Shown here: in pieces, positions 59,484-64,000 of the stretch
How positions within the stretch are numbered: the stretch's first letter is position 1
Layout of the letters: each line of letters starts with the position of its first letter
Assembly (NCBI GenBank): GCA_965203485.1
Contig: OZ241892.1
Coordinates: 1,632,001-1,696,000, forward strand
DNA length: 64,000 nucleotides
Origin: Longimicrobiales bacterium
Lineage (GTDB): Bacteria; Gemmatimonadota; Gemmatimonadetes; Longimicrobiales; Gaopeijiaceae
Direction of reading: 5' to 3'
Position numbers and translations under genes: made by a program
The notes under the pieces: generated by a model
What the model was told of the DNA's origin: nothing
Database searches by the model: none
What the model saw: the letters and a program-made list of their open reading frames with translations, nothing else

Positions 59484-59585
59484 GCGCGTTGCGTGATCTA
59501 GGGCGAGCGCGTCTTCCGCCCCCGCGTGCACCCGGGGCGGCTCCGAACGGGGCCCCCCCCCGTCTCGGAAGAACGACAGCGTCGG

Positions 59586-59614
59586 AGTTTCGCACCTCCG
59601 TGCGCGCGTGTCAA
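59586..59614 (-). promoter_or_regulatory. Sigma-70 promoter of the rplM operon
   Basis: Minus strand TTGACA-N17-GAAACT with TG before the -10. Confidence 0.6.
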
Positions 59615-59876
59615 CCGCCACTCGGGCGGCGTCATTCCAGGATCGTTGGGGCCGCGCACCTCCGACGCGCGAAAGCCGACTCCTATGGGTTTCGGACGTG
59701 TGCCGGCGCGTCGGGCGGAGGTCTCCGGGCGTCCGGGCCCGACCGTCACCGACGCGTCCGGCGCGTGAGCCGACCGGGGGAGGGGCTCCAGGCGGGCCGA
59801 CTCCGGCGGCCACTCGCTTCGTCGCCGCCTCTCTTTCGTCCGGTCAACGGAACGCCCGACGCACGGGACGAGCCGC

Positions 59877-60731
59877 TCAAGGCGACGCGAAGGTCTCCAG
59901 CCTGCGGGCGTGCGAGTCCGCGCGCAATTGGCACAGAGCGGATTCCTTTATCTGGCGCACGCGCTCGCGGGTGACTCCGATGATGCCCCCTATCTCCTCC
60001 ATCGGCTTCGGCGTCTCGCCGTCGAGACCGAAGTAGTGCCGCAGGACCATCGCCTCGCGCCCGGGCAGCGCGGCCAAGGCGTCGGAGATGGCGTCGGCGA
60101 GGGCGCGCCCCAAGGCCGCGTCTTCCGGGCTGGGCGACATCGTGTCCGGCAGGTAGTCCATCACCTGGGCATCGTCGGCGTCGGCCACGGGTCCTTCCAG
60201 CGACACGGGCGGACGCGCCGCCGCCGCGGCGATCTCGATCTCTTCCGGGCTCACGTTCGACGCCTCGGCCAGCTCGCTGGTCGTCGGCTCGCGCCCCAGC
60301 TCCGCCCGCAACTCGGCCGCGCACTTCGCAACGCGTCCAAGAGCCGCGGCGCGGTTCGTCGGCAAGCGCACGATGTTGCTCTGCTCCACCAACGCCTGCC
60401 TGATCGCCTGGCGAATCCACCAAACCGCGTAGCTGATGAACTTGACGCCCTTGGTCTCGTCGAACTTCTGCGCGGCGCGAATCAGCCCGAGGTTGCCCTC
60501 GTTGATCAGGTCCGGCAAAGGGACGCCGCGGTTCTGGTACTTCTTGGAGACCGACACCACGAAGCGGAGGTTCGAGCAGACAAGCTTGTCGAGCGCGCTC
60601 TTCTTGCCCTCGCGAATGCCCTGGGCGAGGCGTGCCTCCTCGGCTCGGTCGATGAGCGGATACTTGGCGATCTCGCGCAAGTACTGGTCCAAGGAGCCGT
60701 CCGAAGGCTCGATGCCGGGCGCAGGATTCAT
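59877..60731 (-). CDS. RpoD/SigA-family sigma-70 factor lacking region 1.1
   Basis: YLREI, NLRFVVSV, DLINEGNLGL, KFISYAVWWIRQ, TRERVRQI; 284 aa. Confidence 0.92.
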   Translation of the reverse strand: MNPAPGIEPSDGSLDQYLREIAKYPLIDRAEEARLAQGIREGKKSALDKLVCSNLRFVVSVSKKYQNRGVPLPDLINEGNLGLIRAAQKFDETKGVKFISYAVWWIRQAIRQALVEQSNIVRLPTNRAAALGRVAKCAAELRAELGREPTTSELAEASNVSPEEIEIAAAAARPPVSLEGPVADADDAQVMDYLPDTMSPSPEDAALGRALADAISDALAALPGREAMVLRHYFGLDGETPKPMEEIGGIIGVTRERVRQIKESALCQLRADSHARRLETFASP

Positions 60732-60801
60732 CTCGTCTCTCCTTCCGCGGACTTGAAGAAATAGTCGCGAACCGGCGCCCGAAGCGCAACTCGGCGACGG
60801 A

Positions 60802-62157
60802 TCACTCGCGCCGCAGCCCGTGGCGTTCCATCTTCCTGTAGAGGCTGGACCGTTGCAACCCGACGCGCCGGGCAGTCTCCGCCACGTTCCCTTCGTGCTC
60901 CTGCAACTTGAACCCGATGAACGCCTTCTCCGCGGCCGTGGCGAAGTCGCGGATGGAGTCCATGGCGAGCAGGTGCGCCAAGCTGTCGTCGCGACGGGCG
61001 CCGGACGCCAGCTCCACGACGTCCGCCCGCTCGACGGTTCGCCCCGAGCAAAGAACGAGCAGGCGCTCGACCGCGTTCTTGAGTTCCCGCACGTTGCCGG
61101 GCCAGCTGCGTTCGCCCAGCGCTTCGACCGCGGCCCGGCTGAACTCCTTCTCCTCCGCGGCCCCGGCCCGGGCCATGAGACCGGTGAAGTGGGCCACCAG
61201 CATGGGAACGTCTTCGCGGCGGTCCCGCAACGCGGGCATTCGGACGGGCACCACGTTCAAGCGGTAGAAGAGGTCCTCCCTGAACTCGCCGGTCGCGATG
61301 GCGTCCTCGAGCACCTTGTTGGTCGCCGCTACGACTCGCACGTCCACCTCGGCGGCGCGAATGCCGCCAACCCGCGTGACGCGCCCTTCCTCGAGCGACC
61401 GCAAGACCTTCGCCTGGGCCGAGAGCGACATGTCGCCCACTTCGTCCAGGAACAGCGTGCCGCCGTGCGCCTGCTCGAACTTGCCCGCGCGGTCGGCAAC
61501 CGCGCCGGTGAACGAACCCTTGACGTGGCCGAAGAGCTCCGACTCGATGAGTTCGGACGGGATCGCCGCGCAGTTCACCTCGACGAAGGGCCCTCGGGCG
61601 CGGGGGGAAAGACGGTGCAGCGCGCGAGCGACCAGTTCCTTGCCCGTGCCGCTCTCGCCCGTGACGAGCACGCGGGCCTGCGTCGGACCGACCCTCTCGA
61701 TCAGCTCGATGACTTCCCGAATCACGCCCGAGGCGCCGACGATCTCGTGGCGCACCTCGACTTCCTGCTTCAGGCGCTCGACGCTCGCGGAGAGCCCGCG
61801 CACCATCAGGGCATTGCGAACGGTAACCAGCAACCGGTCCGTGTCCAGGGGCTTCTCGAGAAAATCGAAGGCGCCCCGGCGGGTGGCCTCCACCGCCGTG
61901 CCGATGGTGCCGTGGCCGGATATCATGACGACGACCCCGGACGGGTCCTCCCGCCGGATTTGCGCCAACACGTCCAGACCGTCCATGTCCTGCATCTTCA
62001 CGTCCAGGAACACCACGTCCGGATCGATGTCGGGGTAGTCCACCAGCGCGGCCGGGCCGTTGGGCGCCAGGTGCACCTCGTGTCCTTCGTACTCGAACAC
62101 CCGCTCGAGGGCCCGGCGAACTGATTCCTCGTCGTCCACGATGAGAATCTTCGCCAT
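60802..62157 (-). CDS. Sigma-54-type (NtrC/NtrX-like) response regulator
   Basis: Receiver (VDDE, LDVKM), GESGTGKE, ESELFGH, GSFTGA, LDEVGD, WPGNVREL, Fis-type HTH. Confidence 0.93.
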   Translation of the reverse strand: MAKILIVDDEESVRRALERVFEYEGHEVHLAPNGPAALVDYPDIDPDVVFLDVKMQDMDGLDVLAQIRREDPSGVVVMISGHGTIGTAVEATRRGAFDFLEKPLDTDRLLVTVRNALMVRGLSASVERLKQEVEVRHEIVGASGVIREVIELIERVGPTQARVLVTGESGTGKELVARALHRLSPRARGPFVEVNCAAIPSELIESELFGHVKGSFTGAVADRAGKFEQAHGGTLFLDEVGDMSLSAQAKVLRSLEEGRVTRVGGIRAAEVDVRVVAATNKVLEDAIATGEFREDLFYRLNVVPVRMPALRDRREDVPMLVAHFTGLMARAGAAEEKEFSRAAVEALGERSWPGNVRELKNAVERLLVLCSGRTVERADVVELASGARRDDSLAHLLAMDSIRDFATAAEKAFIGFKLQEHEGNVAETARRVGLQRSSLYRKMERHGLRRE

Positions 62158-62187
62158 CGACGGCCTCGTTCCTCGGCGGCGGAAGAC

Positions 62188-62832
62188 TCAGGTCCGCACC
62201 AGCACGAGCGCCCCGTCCTCGACGCGGACGCTGCGAATCGCGGCGGGCGCCGTGACCACGACCGAGTTGGGAGGCAGACCGGGCGCGCTGCGGCGCCCGA
62301 TCGCCTCCAGAATCCTCGGCGCCAGCCGTTGCGGCAACGGGAACGGGACGCCGACCACGCCGATCCTGTCGATCAAGAACATCGCGGTGCCGCCCTCGAC
62401 GACGTTGACGGCGCCCTCCACCTCGACCCCCACGGTGTCGGCCAGGATGCCCAGAACGGGGGCGAGAATGCCGGGCAGCGACGGGATCTTGGCCGGTTGC
62501 GACCGGAGGCGGACATCCACCACGTCCTGCCGCAGCAAGACCCGGACGTCGCTCACGCCCTGGGGAAGCGCGTAGTCGTACGTGTGGCGGAGGAGCGCCG
62601 TGACCTCGGTCTCGCTCAGCCGCAGTTCCGCTCCGCCCTCGCCCTGGAGGAACCCGACCAAACGCTCTTCGGCGGCTCGCGCCACGGCCGGGGTGGCGGC
62701 GTCCTCGACCGCGGCTCCGATCCCGTCGTCCTCGGCCGCGTACCACCGCCAGCCGAAGTAGCCGGCCGCCGCCGCGACGGCCGCGACCAAGACGATGCCC
62801 ATCCAGTTGGGTCCCTTCCTCGATCTCGCCAT
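62188..62832 (-). CDS. Hypothetical membrane-anchored protein
   Basis: RBS AAGGAG, N-terminal TM, normal composition, co-oriented with neighbours. Confidence 0.7.
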   Translation of the reverse strand: MARSRKGPNWMGIVLVAAVAAAAGYFGWRWYAAEDDGIGAAVEDAATPAVARAAEERLVGFLQGEGGAELRLSETEVTALLRHTYDYALPQGVSDVRVLLRQDVVDVRLRSQPAKIPSLPGILAPVLGILADTVGVEVEGAVNVVEGGTAMFLIDRIGVVGVPFPLPQRLAPRILEAIGRRSAPGLPPNSVVVTAPAAIRSVRVEDGALVLVRT

Positions 62833-62853
62833 CTGCGGCTCGGTCTCCTTTGC

Positions 62854-64000
62854 TTATGTCCGTTCGTCAGCGGTTGCTGGGCGAGCCCCCGCTCGGACGG
62901 CCGCGCGCGCGAAGCTCGCCCGGCCGACCGGCGCCGCCGCAGGCCGGCAGGCGGCGTCGACCGCGTCCACCGCCGCCTCCACGTCCGCCCGCGTCGAGGC
63001 CCAGCCGAGGGAAAAGCGTACCGCGCCCCGCTCGTCGGTGCCAAGCACCCGGTGCACCTCCGGAGCGCAGTGGAGTCCGGCGCGGGTTTGAATTCCGTGG
63101 TCGCGGTCCAGCCGCTCCGCCAACGCGGAAGGACTCGACCGCTCGCAGGCGACCGTCACGACCGGAACCCCGTCGGGCCCCGCCGGAGACACGACGCGCA
63201 CCCCCCGCACACCCGACAGCCCCTCCCGCAGGCAGGCCTTGAGCGCCATCTCGCGCGCATGCACCCGGCCGATTCCCTCCTCGGCCAGAAACTGGCACGC
63301 CGCGAGCAGTCCCGCCAATCCCGGCGCGTTGCCCGTGCCCGCCTCGAGGCGGTCCGGCATGGCGCTCGGCATCCGACGCCGCACCGACTCGCCGCCGGTG
63401 CCGCCGCGCATAAGGGGGTCCACTCGGATTCCCTCCCGCACCCAGAGGCCCCCCGTGCCTTGGGGACCGAGCAGGCCCTTGTGGCCCGTGAACGCCACGA
63501 CGTCCGCACCCAGAGCCGGCAACGATTCCTCCCAGTGGCCCGCCGACTGGGCCGCGTCCGCGACGACGACCGCTCCGACGGCCCGGGCGGCGGCGGCCAA
63601 CGCCTCGAAGGGCGTCTTGGTGCCCAGCACGTTCGAAGCGGCGTTGACGACGAGGACGTCCGCCCCAGCCAGCATCTCCTCCGCCCGGGACATGTCGACG
63701 CCGCCGTCGGGACGGCCCGGGAGCATCCGCACGCGCACGCCCCGGTCGCGAGCCAAGTGATGCGCGGGCCGCAGCACGGCGTTGTGGTCGTACTGGGAAA
63801 CCACGAGGACGTCGCCCTTCCCCAAGAGACCGCACAGGGCCGTGTTCAGCGCGTGCGTCGCGTTCTGCATGAAGGCGATGCGGGCCGGATCGCCCGGCAG
63901 GCCCATGGCCGAGGCCAGCGCGCGCCGGCACCGAAAGGCGATGCGGGCCGCGTCCACCGCCCCGGAATGGCCGCCCCGGCCGGGCGAACAGCCCACGCCC
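62854..64000 (-). CDS. Class V PLP-dependent aminotransferase/cysteine desulfurase family protein, start lies outside the window
   Basis: SPGRGGH, NATHALN, DHNAV, DAAQSAG, FTGHKGLLGPQGTGG, RAGLHCAP. Confidence 0.88.
   Translation of the reverse strand, partial: GVGCSPGRGGHSGAVDAARIAFRCRRALASAMGLPGDPARIAFMQNATHALNTALCGLLGKGDVLVVSQYDHNAVLRPAHHLARDRGVRVRMLPGRPDGGVDMSRAEEMLAGADVLVVNAASNVLGTKTPFEALAAAARAVGAVVVADAAQSAGHWEESLPALGADVVAFTGHKGLLGPQGTGGLWVREGIRVDPLMRGGTGGESVRRRMPSAMPDRLEAGTGNAPGLAGLLAACQFLAEEGIGRVHAREMALKACLREGLSGVRGVRVVSPAGPDGVPVVTVACERSSPSALAERLDRDHGIQTRAGLHCAPEVHRVLGTDERGAVRFSLGWASTRADVEAAVDAVDAACRPAAAPVGRASFARAAVRAGARPATADERT

Overview
Very GC-rich bacterial chromosome segment made mostly of minus-strand housekeeping operons. 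These are guaA; accD-folC-hisS-proS-lysA; mreBCD-mrdA-rodA; nusA-infB-DUF503-rbfA-truB-ribF-rpsO-pnp-M16 peptidase-ald/dut; murA; pcrA; serS; rplM-rpsI-rpsB-tsf-pyrH-frr-uppS-cdsA-dxr-rseP; a sigma-70 factor and an NtrX-like regulator. Gene order and protein types suggest an FCB-group organism, most likely Gemmatimonadota (inference). A ~10 kb accessory block (25.5-35.5 kb) holds a lipoprotein/TonB-dependent receptor/DUF4249-like cassette and a 1746-aa DUF4011-SF1 helicase-Vsr-like nuclease-DUF3320 (Hhe-type) defence gene. An IS1182-family element with a CTAG target duplication splits a WalJ/YycJ-like metallo-hydrolase. The most unusual observations are an in-frame alanine dehydrogenase-dUTPase fusion, rimP replaced by a 20-codon mini-ORF behind an attenuator-like leader, a transposase that takes its stop codon from its target site, and a lipoprotein with a lower-GC, C2-like C-terminal module. 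No rRNA, tRNA or CRISPR array was recognised. All calls come from reading the sequence by eye; no database search was run.
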